Origin: Bryobacterales bacterium
GTDB taxonomy: Bacteria; Acidobacteriota; Terriglobia; Bryobacterales; UBA6623
Length of the DNA: 64,000 bases
Direction of reading: 5' to 3'
Assembly (NCBI GenBank): GCA_963422375.2
Contig: OY729428.2
Coordinates: forward strand, 1,696,001 to 1,760,000
The notes beneath the pieces are model-generated. The model ran no database searches, was not told where the DNA came from, and saw only the letters and a list, made by a program, of their open reading frames with translations. Made by a program: the position numbers and the translations under genes. Positions 30,168 to 39,831 of the stretch are shown piece after piece (positions within the stretch are counted from its first letter, which is position 1; each line of letters starts with the position of its first letter).

Positions 30168-30908
30168 ATGGCGGGAAGCGCAGGATCGTCGCGCGGGACG
30201 CGCCGCGTAGCCGGGCGCATGGCACCGAATGCCAGCGAAGCCGGCCTGACGCTCATCGAGCTGATTGTCGCCTTCAGCCTGATGCTGATTCTCTCGACCA
30301 TGGCTCTGCCCGTCGCGCGGGTCCGGATTCAGCGCGAGAAGGAGCGCCGGCTGCGCGAGGCCCTGCACGAGATGCGCACCGCGATCGACCGCCACAAGGA
30401 AATGGCGGACGAGGGCAAGCTGGGGACGCTTGATCCAGACAATCATGGCTACCCGGAGAGCTTGAAGGCGTTGGTGGACGGCATCGAGCTGGATGCCCAG
30501 GCGAGATCCGCGATGGCGGGCGCGTCAGGCAGGGACATCGGTCTTGGCATGAACCAGTCGCAGGGAATGAATTACGGACGGAACCTGTCGGGAGGGTTCG
30601 GAAGCCGGCGGGACAGCCCCGTCTCCTTCGGTTCGGGACGGGGACGGTCGGGCGACGATCCGCTTGACCGCAACGATGGCGGCTTCGGAAGGAACGACGA
30701 CCCCTTCGGAGAAGAGGACGAAGGGCCCGACGCGATCCGGTTCCTCCGTTCCATTCCGACGGATCCCATGACGGGTCAGAAGGAATGGGGGCTGCTGTCG
30801 ATCTCCGACGACCCGCTTGCCCGGAGTTGGAGCGGGCGGAACGTGTTCGACGTCTACTCGCTGAGCAACGCCGCCGCGCTCGACGGAACGCGCTACAGCG
30901 AATGGTGA
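30168..30908 (+). CDS. Type II secretion pseudopilin (GspG-like) with low-complexity insert
   Basis: GLTLIEL prepilin motif, REKERRLREAL..MRTAID, YPESL..LV.G, FLRSIPTDPMTG, DVYSLS; start may be 30219. Confidence 0.87.
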   Translation: MAGSAGSSRGTRRVAGRMAPNASEAGLTLIELIVAFSLMLILSTMALPVARVRIQREKERRLREALHEMRTAIDRHKEMADEGKLGTLDPDNHGYPESLKALVDGIELDAQARSAMAGASGRDIGLGMNQSQGMNYGRNLSGGFGSRRDSPVSFGSGRGRSGDDPLDRNDGGFGRNDDPFGEEDEGPDAIRFLRSIPTDPMTGQKEWGLLSISDDPLARSWSGRNVFDVYSLSNAAALDGTRYSEW

Positions 30909-31309
30909 TGGCACGGAGGGGCGTGGTGTTGGGGGCTCGCGTAGCGGGATTCACCCTGCTGGAAATGATGGTCGTGATGACGATCATCGTGACGATCGTC
31001 TCGATCGCCGTCCCGTTCTACTCGTCGGCCATCGTTCGGGCTCGCGAGAGCGTGCTGCGCTCGAACCTGCTCACGATCCGTTCCGTGATCGACCAATATA
31101 CCTACGACAAGGAGGAGCCCCCGCAGTCCCTCCGGGATCTAGTAGACGAAGGATACCTGCGCGAGGTGCCCATGGATCCCATCACGAACTCGCGGGACAC
31201 ATGGGAGCTCATCATCGAGACCGGGCCGACCGGGGAGTCGGGCCTGTTCGACGTACGCAGCGGGTCCGACGACGATTCTCTGGCGGGCACGCCCTATAAC
31301 GAATGGTAG
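30902..31309 (+). CDS. Type II secretion pseudopilin (GspG-like)
   Basis: GFTLLEMMVV, RARESVLRSNL..IDQY..D, YLREVPMDPIT. Confidence 0.88.
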   Translation: MVMARRGVVLGARVAGFTLLEMMVVMTIIVTIVSIAVPFYSSAIVRARESVLRSNLLTIRSVIDQYTYDKEEPPQSLRDLVDEGYLREVPMDPITNSRDTWELIIETGPTGESGLFDVRSGSDDDSLAGTPYNEW

Positions 31310-32277
31310 TAGCGCAAGGCTCGGTCGAGGGCGCCATGCGGCCTTGGGCCGCGAGAGCTTGCTTGCGAAGCCGTGTCGCCGAGGGGCCGAGAATCCCCTG
31401 GATTACGGCCAAGGGGGTTCACGGCCGTATCCGGCGCGTTCCCGCACCTGTCCGTGCCAGGCGCCGGATCGTGCTAGAAGTCGCGGCGAAGCTGTCCGGT
31501 GAAGTACCGCAGCCGCTCGACTGTGCGCCCGTGGTGGACGGAGCCCGCGCCGAGACCGTCGAGGAGGTCGTCTCGGAGTGTCGCGATTGTCGAAAGCGAC
31601 GCTCCCCGAACCGCATTGGTGGGGTTCGAGGAGCTCCGGGTCATCGCGGCAGGCATGCTCGCGAGGAAGCGAGATGGCGGGGTCTCGCAGGCCTCCGTGC
31701 CGCCGCGACGGAGCGGCGACCCTTGAAGTCGAGGCCGAAGCCGAGAGGATGCACGACGCGCAGGAATCGAAACCGGTGATCGTACCGGCGCAGCGGGCGA
31801 ACAAGGCGCCGGCAGTCCCGCGGCGGAGTCTGCGAATGCAAGGCCCCCGGGCACAACGGGAGGAGGGCGCGGTATAAGCGATCTGCGGACGCAGGGCAGA
31901 GCGAACCGGACCCAAGTCCGGGGGCAACGCGATCGGAACTAGAGCCACCCGGAGCCCGGAAGGGCTGCGGTCACGGCCGCAATGAGGGGTCGGATACTCT
32001 GACGCGCCCGGCCGGATTCGTTCGGGGGGTGTCGGATAACCAGCGCTCGACGGTCCCTTCCTCACGGACGGCCTGTCCAAGAGTCGATCGCTGGGAGGGT
32101 CCTGCTCATGGGATCCCCCTCTACCATCCTCGACGATTTCGCCCTCTCCGCCCGGCCGGGGCATCGCCGAGCGTCGTGCGGCGCGCTGTTCGACCGCCGC
32201 GGCAAGCACAGTCCGTTGGCGGCAGGACCTCGGCTGGACAAGGCTTCAGATATGCCGCGCCCAGATATAATGGGAGC

Positions 32278-34053
32278 TTGAAGGACTCTACCGCCACATT
32301 CATCAAGGGAGTCGTCGCAGGAATTCTGTTGGTCGTTCTCGGCCTCGGCTTGATCGCGATGATCGTTCTCTTCGCGGGTCGCGGCGAAGATGACCTTCCT
32401 GCGGAAGCCGCCCTCGTGCTGCGGCTGCAGGGCTCCGTCCCCGAGCACGCTGACGCCGAGCTTCCCAGCTTCCTGCCGGGGCAGCCCGGCGGCCCTTCCG
32501 TTACGCTGTACGACCTGACCGAGGCAGTCCGGCGGGCTGCGGACGACGAGCGGGTCAAGGCCTTGGTTCTGCGGTGCGACGGGTCGAGTGCGGGGTGGGC
32601 CAAGGCCCAGGAGATCCGCTGGGCGATTCAGGCATTCAAGGAATCGGGCAAGCCGGTGTGGGCGTACCTCGCCCAGAGTGGCAGGGAGGGCTACTACATC
32701 GCTTCGCTTGCGGACAGGGTGTTTATGCAGCCGCAGAGCTTCCTCAATCTGAGCGGGCTCCGTGCGGAGGTGATGTTCTTTAAGGGCAGCTTGGACAAGC
32801 TTGGCGTGGAGTCGGATCTCGTTAGGAGCGGCAAGTACAAGAGTGCTGGCGAGCCGTTCTCGCGCGAGGAGATGTCTCCGGAATGGAGGGAGGCCCTCAA
32901 CTCGACGCTCGACGAGTTCTACGACCAGCTGCTGGATGGGATTGCCGAGGGGCGCGGCGAGGATGCCGCACACTGGCGGGCGATTCTTGACGAGGGTCCG
33001 TTCACCGCCGGGGGCGCTGAAGCACATGGCCTTGCAGACGAGGTGGTGTACGAGGACGTTTTCTTTGACCGCTTGGGCGAGTCCCTCGAAGTCGAGGACA
33101 TCGAGAGGGTCAGCCTTCCTCGGTACGCCGCTGACGCATCCACGCGGGGACAGCGCGGAGGCAAGACCGTCGCGATGTTCCACGCGATTGGCACGATCAG
33201 CTCGGGCGAGAGCTGGACGGATCCGTTCGGCGGCGGCAGCGAGGTCCTCGGGGCGGACACGTTCGAGTCCCAGCTCGAGCGGCTGCGCGACGACGACAGC
33301 ATCGACGGCGTGATCTTGCGCATCGACTCGCCCGGCGGCGACGCAATCGCTTCGGACAAGATGCTGCGCGCCGTGCGGCGGCTCCGAGAGGAAAAGCCTC
33401 TTGTCGTGTCGATGTCGACCTTAGCCGCTTCGGGCGGATACTACATCGCGTCCGTTCCGGACGCTCCCATCGTCGCGTACCCGGGTACCTATACCGGTTC
33501 CATCGGCGTATTCACGATCCATTTCAACCTGAAGGACCTCTACGGCAAACTCGGGATCACGAAGGAGATCCTGACACGGGGGCGCTTCGCGGCAATCGAA
33601 TCCGATTACAAGGCCCTGACCGCCGAAGAGCGCGAGAAGCTCGCGCGCTATGTCGATGACATCTACGACGCCTTCGTTGCGAACGTTTCCGAAGGGCGCG
33701 GCATCCCGCCCGAGGCGGTGCATCCGCTTGCACAGGGCCGGGTCTGGATCGGAGCGCAGGCCGCAGAGAACGGCTTGGTCGACGAGATCGGGGGCTATGC
33801 CAAGGCCATCGAGCTGGCGAAGAATGCCCTAGGCCTGGAGTCCGATGAGTCCGTGCGAATCCTGCACTACCCGCCGCCTAGGAGCGTATTCGAGATGCTG
33901 TTCTCGGGGGGGCGCTGGACGCTGCTGAGGCAGTTGCTGGAGCCACCCGCGCTGGGCGAGGCGTACAAGACCTGGTTGCGCGGCCTCGGCTGGGCCCGGC
34001 GGATCCGAAGCGGGCCCCTGTTCATGGCGCCCTACACGCTCGAGGTGGACTAA
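32278..34053 (+). CDS. sppA: Signal peptide peptidase SppA (67-kDa type)
   Basis: N-terminal TM; FKESGKPV, YYIASLAD, GKYKSAGE, LRIDSPGG, SMSTLAASGGYYIA, TGSIGV, QGRVWIG. Confidence 0.94.
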   Translation: MKDSTATFIKGVVAGILLVVLGLGLIAMIVLFAGRGEDDLPAEAALVLRLQGSVPEHADAELPSFLPGQPGGPSVTLYDLTEAVRRAADDERVKALVLRCDGSSAGWAKAQEIRWAIQAFKESGKPVWAYLAQSGREGYYIASLADRVFMQPQSFLNLSGLRAEVMFFKGSLDKLGVESDLVRSGKYKSAGEPFSREEMSPEWREALNSTLDEFYDQLLDGIAEGRGEDAAHWRAILDEGPFTAGGAEAHGLADEVVYEDVFFDRLGESLEVEDIERVSLPRYAADASTRGQRGGKTVAMFHAIGTISSGESWTDPFGGGSEVLGADTFESQLERLRDDDSIDGVILRIDSPGGDAIASDKMLRAVRRLREEKPLVVSMSTLAASGGYYIASVPDAPIVAYPGTYTGSIGVFTIHFNLKDLYGKLGITKEILTRGRFAAIESDYKALTAEEREKLARYVDDIYDAFVANVSEGRGIPPEAVHPLAQGRVWIGAQAAENGLVDEIGGYAKAIELAKNALGLESDESVRILHYPPPRSVFEMLFSGGRWTLLRQLLEPPALGEAYKTWLRGLGWARRIRSGPLFMAPYTLEVD

Positions 34054-34162
34054 CAGACGCGGCAGGATCGGGAACGGTTCTCAGCTTCCAGATCATGGGC
34101 TGGAACGATGCGGGTTGGACCCATCCTCGGATCGCGCGCCGAGTGCGGAAGGAGCCAGCGAA

Positions 34163-34378
34163 GTGGGACCTAGAACACTCGCGCTGATCGCTGTCTTGGC
34201 GCTCGTGCAGTCCTGTTCGTACGTGGAGTACTGCGAATTCGCAGGCTTGACAGGCATGGAGGATCACGGGTTTCGCGACGGGTACGCGGCCGGGTACCAC
34301 ACGACGTGCCGAACCCGAACTACACTCGTATGCGGACACAAGCATCCTTCGTACCAGCGAGGATACAAGCGCGGCTAG
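34163..34378 (+). CDS. Small putative lipoprotein
   Basis: AAGGAG RBS; hydrophobic leader ending LVQS-C; FRDGYAAGY..YQRGY repeats. Confidence 0.5.
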   Translation: MGPRTLALIAVLALVQSCSYVEYCEFAGLTGMEDHGFRDGYAAGYHTTCRTRTTLVCGHKHPSYQRGYKRG

Positions 34379-34890
34379 GATCACGGGGCGCGCGCGTGCC
34401 AATCGAAGTCCGCGCAGGACAGGAAGCAGCGGCACGACCGGCCAGCGCCGATATCCGAGGTTGCATCCGCGTCGCACGACCGGCCCGTGGCGCCTGAGCC
34501 ATGTTGGCTGAGCTAACGCATGGCCCGCGACCTGTTCGATTTTCTTGGAATTCTTAACATAAGGAAGTGGCGGCAGCGAATCCCGCCCCGCTGCATCCGC
34601 TTTTCGCTACCGTCGGGGCGGGCAGGGCGACAACGGGCGGCAACACGATCTCGAGCCGCTTTGGGTCGACCTGCCCTGGGCAGTCAGACTTGACGTGCCC
34701 CCGACTTCCCGTCGCGCAGCGGTCCGCTTTCGGTCTGCAACACGCGCTCCCGCGGGCAGGGTGACCTTCGGAGCGATTCGGGTGCCTAGCCCCCCGGGCA
34801 TTTCGGCCTGCGTCCGGAGGGCCGACCGGACGATACAATGAGGCGAGGCTCGCGGTTCGGCTCCGGAATCAGCGCAGCAGGGGTTAGGTC

Positions 34891-35451
34891 TTGAACGTAC
34901 AAGCGACGCAGCTTCGGCCAGGCATGGTCATCCGCTACAACGGCGACATCTGCACCGTTCACCGGACGGAGCATCGGACACCGGGCAACAAGCGGGGCTT
35001 CGTCCAGACCAAGATGCGCAACCATCGCTCGGGCGCGATGGTGGAGGAGAAGTTCTCCTCGGAAGACTTCGTGCCCAAAGTCACCCTGGAATCGCAGGAA
35101 ATGCAGTACCTGTACTCCGACGCTGGCGCCTACCACCTGATGAATACGGAGAATTACGAGCAGATCGAACTGACTAAGGAGCAGCTCGGCGACCAAGTGA
35201 ACTACATGATCGAGGATACGGTTGTGCGGGTGCAGTTCCTAGACGGCGTGGCATTCAATCTAGATCTTCCGTCGTCCGTCGAACTGACGGTCGTCGAAAC
35301 CGAGCCGGCGATCAAGGGGGCGACGGTTACGAACGTCAGCAAGCCCGCCAAGACCGAGACCGGCTTGGTCGTGCAGGTTCCTCCGTTTATCAAGGAAGGC
35401 GAGATGATCCGCGTCAATACATCGGACGGCAGCTACCTTGGCAGGGCCTGA
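34891..35451 (+). CDS. efp: Elongation factor P
   Basis: HRTPGNKRGFV, QYLY, YEQIEL, TEPAIKGAT, KPAKTETG, VPPFI, GSYLGRA. Confidence 0.96.
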   Translation: MNVQATQLRPGMVIRYNGDICTVHRTEHRTPGNKRGFVQTKMRNHRSGAMVEEKFSSEDFVPKVTLESQEMQYLYSDAGAYHLMNTENYEQIELTKEQLGDQVNYMIEDTVVRVQFLDGVAFNLDLPSSVELTVVETEPAIKGATVTNVSKPAKTETGLVVQVPPFIKEGEMIRVNTSDGSYLGRA

Positions 35452-35468
35452 GGTCCTGCTCGCTTGGC

Positions 35469-36881
35469 TCACTCGCCGCGAAGCGCGGCTTCCAATTCGA
35501 GCACCGCGTCGAGAACGATGTAGTCGGCGTGAGGACGGCCGACGATCTGGACGCCGATCGGCAGCCCTTCCGGAGACTTGCCCACCGGAGCGGTGGCTGC
35601 GGGGACTCCGAGCAGGTTGAAGACCTGGCTATAGACGAAGGCGTCGGGGTAGCCGACCTTCTCCCCGTCAATGCTCCAGGCCCGCTCGCCGTGACGGAAC
35701 GCCGGGATGGCCGCCACTGGGCAAAGGAGGAGCGGATACCTTTTCATTTGGTCGATGAGCCTCGCCCGCATCTGGTCCTGCAGGACCCAACCCGCGAGCA
35801 GGTCACGGAAGCCGCACGCGGCCTCCTCCTCGTCCGTCGCGAGAAGGTCGTAGGCAAGCGGATGCAGCCGGTAGCCGCTTGGAACCGAGGTCTCGATCAG
35901 GGCCTTGAGCCCGATCATGAACTGTTGGCGCCACACGCGCGGCGCCTCGTCGAGTCCCTTCAACTCGACGCGCTCCATTCTGAAGCCCCGAGTCCCCAGC
36001 GCCTTGGCGGCCTCTCGCACTGCGGCACGGGTCGCGGGGGTCACCGGCGTGCCCCACGCATGGTCGAACCATCCGATGCGCTGCTGGCGGATCATGGCTA
36101 TGTCGATCGGCTTGAACTCCTCTCGCAAGGACGGATTCAGGGACGAGATGTCGCCGTCGTCATGTTGATCCGCGCTGGAAAAGAGATCTTTGAGGTCTGC
36201 GGCGGTGCGGGTGATCGGGCCGATTGCGGCCAGCGTTGTCGAAGGGCCCGCGACGGGCGGCCAGTGCCCGGATCGCGGGATCGCGCCGGGAGTCGGCTTG
36301 AACCCGTACAAGCCGCAGAAGTGCGCCGGAACGCGCACCGAGCCGCCGGCGTCGCTTCCGAACGCGGCCGTTGCGAATCCGGCTGCCACGGCGGCAGCGT
36401 CGCCACCGCTCGACCCGCCGGGCGTGAACTCGCCATTGAGGGGCGAGATTGTCCGTCCGTAGAGCGCGTTGTCTGTCTCATAGGCCAGAAGGAACTCCGG
36501 AACATTCGTCGATCCTAGGACCGTCGCGCCACCCTCCTTGAGCCACTTGACGATGGGGGCATCGTGCAAGGCCACTCGGCCGCGGCGCAAGGGCGTCCCG
36601 CATTCGTGCCGAAATCCCTTCACCGCGATTGAACTCTTGATGGTGATCAGGATGCCCTCGCTGTAGGCTCGCGTGGAGCGTACGGCACGCTTGTCGAATG
36701 CCTCCGCTCGCTCGCGCGCCCTGTCGGCCTGAAGGTCGACGATGGCATTGATTTCCGGATTCAGCTTGGCCGTCCGACCTATGTGGGCCTCGATGACCTG
36801 GAGCGACGAGACTTCGCGCTGCTGCACTAAGCGTCTGATGTCCGTCGCTCCGAGACGGGTCAGTTCGGATTCCGCGGGCAT
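35469..36881 (-). CDS. Amidase-signature family enzyme
   Basis: TNVPEF, TPGGSSGGDAAAVAAG, GSDAGGSVRVPAHFCG, GLPIGVQIVG. Confidence 0.93.
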   Translation of the reverse strand: MPAESELTRLGATDIRRLVQQREVSSLQVIEAHIGRTAKLNPEINAIVDLQADRARERAEAFDKRAVRSTRAYSEGILITIKSSIAVKGFRHECGTPLRRGRVALHDAPIVKWLKEGGATVLGSTNVPEFLLAYETDNALYGRTISPLNGEFTPGGSSGGDAAAVAAGFATAAFGSDAGGSVRVPAHFCGLYGFKPTPGAIPRSGHWPPVAGPSTTLAAIGPITRTAADLKDLFSSADQHDDGDISSLNPSLREEFKPIDIAMIRQQRIGWFDHAWGTPVTPATRAAVREAAKALGTRGFRMERVELKGLDEAPRVWRQQFMIGLKALIETSVPSGYRLHPLAYDLLATDEEEAACGFRDLLAGWVLQDQMRARLIDQMKRYPLLLCPVAAIPAFRHGERAWSIDGEKVGYPDAFVYSQVFNLLGVPAATAPVGKSPEGLPIGVQIVGRPHADYIVLDAVLELEAALRGE

Positions 36882-37227
36882 CTTCTCAACCTAACAGTAG
36901 AGCGCTGATAGCCCGGCGTCGCGCTGCCCTGTGGGCGTTCGGGCGAGTTGCGGACAGGTGGACTCCCCGCGGCGGGATCTCTGGCGATGCACCCGCATAC
37001 TTCCGCGGTGGCCTGCCACACGTTCTGACTTGAAGCAGGGGAGAAGCCGTATACGCCAGCGCGAAGGTGCGGATTTGCGGGGCGGGAGTCCACCAGAGAG
37101 CGAAATTCTGGGACATGAATGCCGTACTAGATACATTCAGTGCGCTCTGGCCGCCATCGATAGCACTGCATGTAGATATGGGTCGCGAGGGGCGGCCAGA
37201 GCGTCGTGTCCCGGGGAGAGGACGGCC

Positions 37228-37632
37228 GTGACATCACCTACGATCCCCAGCGAGGGTGCTCTACGCCAAGAGTGGGAGCGAGCCTTGGACTGCGACGGCG
37301 TTCAGGCTGTCCCGAACCTGCCGATCGAACGCCAAGCCTCTTTGGGCATCTCAAGCAGGGACCTCGGGGTGCTACTGCACCTCACCTGCTTCTGGTGGAC
37401 GCCGGACCGAGATCCTCATCCAAGGCCCGGATTGATCGCAGACCAAATGGGTCTCCACCGGCGGACTGTCGAGCGCAGCTTGCAGCGAATTGAGCAGAAG
37501 GGTCTGGTCACTCGAAAAAGAGCGGATAAAACGGACGGGCACAGTGGTGTGTTCCCGGTCAGCTTGGCACCATTGGCCAACAGGTTGACTGCGATTGCGG
37601 ACTCCGTGCTTCAGAGGCGTCGGATTGAGTGA
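37228..37632 (+). CDS. Winged helix-turn-helix protein of a mobile-element-associated type
   Basis: VLLHL..FWW..P.P..IADQMGLHRRTVERSLQRIEQKGLV; GGAGAGG RBS before GTG. Confidence 0.7.
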   Translation: MTSPTIPSEGALRQEWERALDCDGVQAVPNLPIERQASLGISSRDLGVLLHLTCFWWTPDRDPHPRPGLIADQMGLHRRTVERSLQRIEQKGLVTRKRADKTDGHSGVFPVSLAPLANRLTAIADSVLQRRRIE

Positions 37633-37634
37633 CG

Positions 37635-37962
37635 ATGACGATACGCGGTTTCCAGTACAAGCGTCTACGACGCCTCCACACGAGATTGGTGACGTTCAAG
37701 AGATTCCGCCACAGTCCGTTGAAAAGGTCCGAGCGATCCTCGCCTCCTAGACCAAGCCGACGAACCCACCGACTTGGACGTCCAGGGCCACGGGCTGCAT
37801 CCTATCAATAGTGTTCCCAACGGGTGGAACGTCCGCGTGTCCGCCAACTGGTGTTTGATTTCTCGGTATGAAGATCGCGAGGCGCACCAAGTAGACCTAG
37901 TTGACTGCCATTACGGCGAGTGGCTCGCCTTGGCACAGCGCAAGACATCGGTACGAGTTTAG
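37635..37962 (+). pseudogene. higB: HigB-like (plasmid maintenance killer) toxin, frameshifted
   Basis: MTIRGFQYKRLRRL N-terminus in one frame; GHGLHP..WNVRVSANWCLISRYE..VDLVDCH in another. Confidence 0.75.
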
Positions 37963-38005
37963 GAAGTCTCGAGGACTACCATTGGAATGGTAGTTCGCTA
38001 GGGTG

Positions 38006-38220
38006 ATGCATGATCCGCCTCATCCGGGCCTGAACATCCGCAAAGGCTGGATGGTCGACGGGATCTCGGTCTCCGAGGCCGCCGCACGGGCCGGCGTGCG
38101 GCCGGAGACCCTACACCGGGTGATTGACGGGCGAGACGCGATCTCGCCGGACTCGGCAGGCCAGAGACGGGCACGAAAGCGCCAAGGCGGCCTTGGACTT
38201 GCCGTCAATCGGGTCGCGTC
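38006..38220 (+). pseudogene. higA: HigA-family antitoxin, truncated
   Basis: MHDPPHPG..ISVSEAAARAGVRPETLHRVIDGRDAISPD, after which homology is lost. Confidence 0.75.
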
Positions 38221-38258
38221 ACGCGCCGCGCTCGAGGCACTGTATGCTGATAGGCGCA

Positions 38259-38894
38259 ATGAGAACGACCATCCTCGCGCTGGCCGCCTTGGCGTACCTC
38301 GGGTGCGGGCCGTCCGGCCCGCCACAGGAACAGCTCTTCAACGGGTCGGATCTGACCGGCTGGCGGCATGTGGGGCCCGGCGGCTTCTCCGTCGAGGAGG
38401 GCGCACTGAAGACCTCCGGCGGGATGGGCCTGCTCGTGTACGACGGCAAGCCCATCGGGAACGCCGTCCTTAGGGTGGTTTACAAGCCCGAGTCGCCGGA
38501 CTCGAACGCCGGTGTCTTCATTCGCGTTCCCGTTCCGCCACGGGATCCTTGGTTCGCTGTTCACAAGGGATACGAGGTGCAGATTCAAGACACCGGGGAC
38601 GAGTTTCACCGCACGGGTTCCCTGTACTCCTTGGCCTCCGCCGGTACGTTCCCGCCGAGTGGCGACGGCTGGAACACGATGGAGATCTTCCTAGACGGCC
38701 AGTCCACCAAGGTCGAAGTCAACGGCACCGTGGTCAACGAGTTCGACGGCGGCCAGGAGGTCCCCGAGCGCAAGAAGTGGTTCGAGCCGCAGCGCGGTCC
38801 GCGGCCTGCCGCGGGCTACATCGGCCTTCAGAACCACGACGAAGAGTCCGTCGTGTTCTTCCGCGAGGTCAGCGTCCGCCCGCTCGCTAGATAG
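38259..38894 (+). CDS. DUF1080 (3-keto-disaccharide hydrolase-like) lipoprotein
   Basis: LGC lipobox, LFNGSDLTGW, NAGVFIR, YEVQI, TGSLY, WNTMEI, GYIGLQNH. Confidence 0.9.
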   Translation: MRTTILALAALAYLGCGPSGPPQEQLFNGSDLTGWRHVGPGGFSVEEGALKTSGGMGLLVYDGKPIGNAVLRVVYKPESPDSNAGVFIRVPVPPRDPWFAVHKGYEVQIQDTGDEFHRTGSLYSLASAGTFPPSGDGWNTMEIFLDGQSTKVEVNGTVVNEFDGGQEVPERKKWFEPQRGPRPAAGYIGLQNHDEESVVFFREVSVRPLAR

Positions 38895-38925
38895 CGTTCC
38901 GACCGGCCGGCGACGCCCGCGGCCC

Positions 38926-39783
38926 TCAGCGCGCCACCTCGCGGCGGGTTACGCAGGCATGTAGTTCGCCGACTCCCCCGATGCGAGCTTCCACCGTGTC
39001 GCCCGGGCGGATTCTGGCCCCCTTCGGGCAGCCGGTCGAGAGTACGTCGCCCGGCTCGAAGGTCATGACGCGCGTGTGGAACGCGGCCAGCTGCATCGGA
39101 CGGTGCTTCATATTCGCCACGTAGTCGTGCGAGAACAGGCGCGAGTTATGCACTGTCTGCACCTCCAGTGCGTCCACGTCCTCGATCTCGTCCGCCGTCA
39201 CGATGACCGGCCCGAAGGAGAAGAAGGTGTCGAAGCTCTTGGCCCGCTGCAGGTAGCGGGTGTTGCGCGCGAGGACATCGAGCGCCGTCATGTCGAGTGC
39301 CGTCGTGTAGCCGAACAGCACGCTCGGCACGTCTTCCAGCGGCACGTCCCGGCAGCGCCTGCCGAAGACCAGGGCCAGCTCGCCCTCGGCGTCGACATCC
39401 TGCGAGAGATCCTCGGGCGGAAGCTCGATCGCCCCTCCCGGCTCGAAGAACGAGGAGGAAGGCTTCATGAAGCTCCCCGGCTCCTCCGGCTGCACCTCGC
39501 TGAGGTCCTCGGCATGCGACTTGTAGTTGAGTCCGATGCACCAGACTTTGCCCGGCCGGGAGTACGGGAGTCGCAGACGGGCCTCCTCGAGCGGGATCTC
39601 GGCTTTGAGGCCTTGGGCCAGCGCCCGCAGGGCCTGTCCCGCCCCGGACGCGATCAGGGCGTGCATCTCGACCGGAAAATCGGCGCCGCGCCGCGCGTTG
39701 ACCTGGCTCACCGGCAGGATCCTGCCGTCTCTCAGGATGCCTGCCTCGCAGGCCCCGGCATGCTCGAAAGTGCAGAGTCTCAT
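38926..39783 (-). CDS. Fumarylacetoacetate hydrolase family protein
   Basis: CIGLNYKSH, FMKP, DAEGELALV, RAKSFDTF, PGDVLSTG. Confidence 0.92.
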   Translation of the reverse strand: MRLCTFEHAGACEAGILRDGRILPVSQVNARRGADFPVEMHALIASGAGQALRALAQGLKAEIPLEEARLRLPYSRPGKVWCIGLNYKSHAEDLSEVQPEEPGSFMKPSSSFFEPGGAIELPPEDLSQDVDAEGELALVFGRRCRDVPLEDVPSVLFGYTTALDMTALDVLARNTRYLQRAKSFDTFFSFGPVIVTADEIEDVDALEVQTVHNSRLFSHDYVANMKHRPMQLAAFHTRVMTFEPGDVLSTGCPKGARIRPGDTVEARIGGVGELHACVTRREVAR

Positions 39784-39831
39784 CGAACTTCCATCGTAGC
39801 CGGGCTGACGGTCGTCCCGGGCGGCGAGGGC

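Noticed and set aside
31945..31975. SRP RNA helix-8-like AGCCCGGAAGGGCT
   Set aside because: A perfect hairpin without the conserved CAGG/AGCA internal loop
34560..34800. Possible cobalamin riboswitch or 6S RNA upstream of efp
   Set aside because: GC-rich stems are present, but I could not find the conserved boxes in the right order; would need an Infernal search
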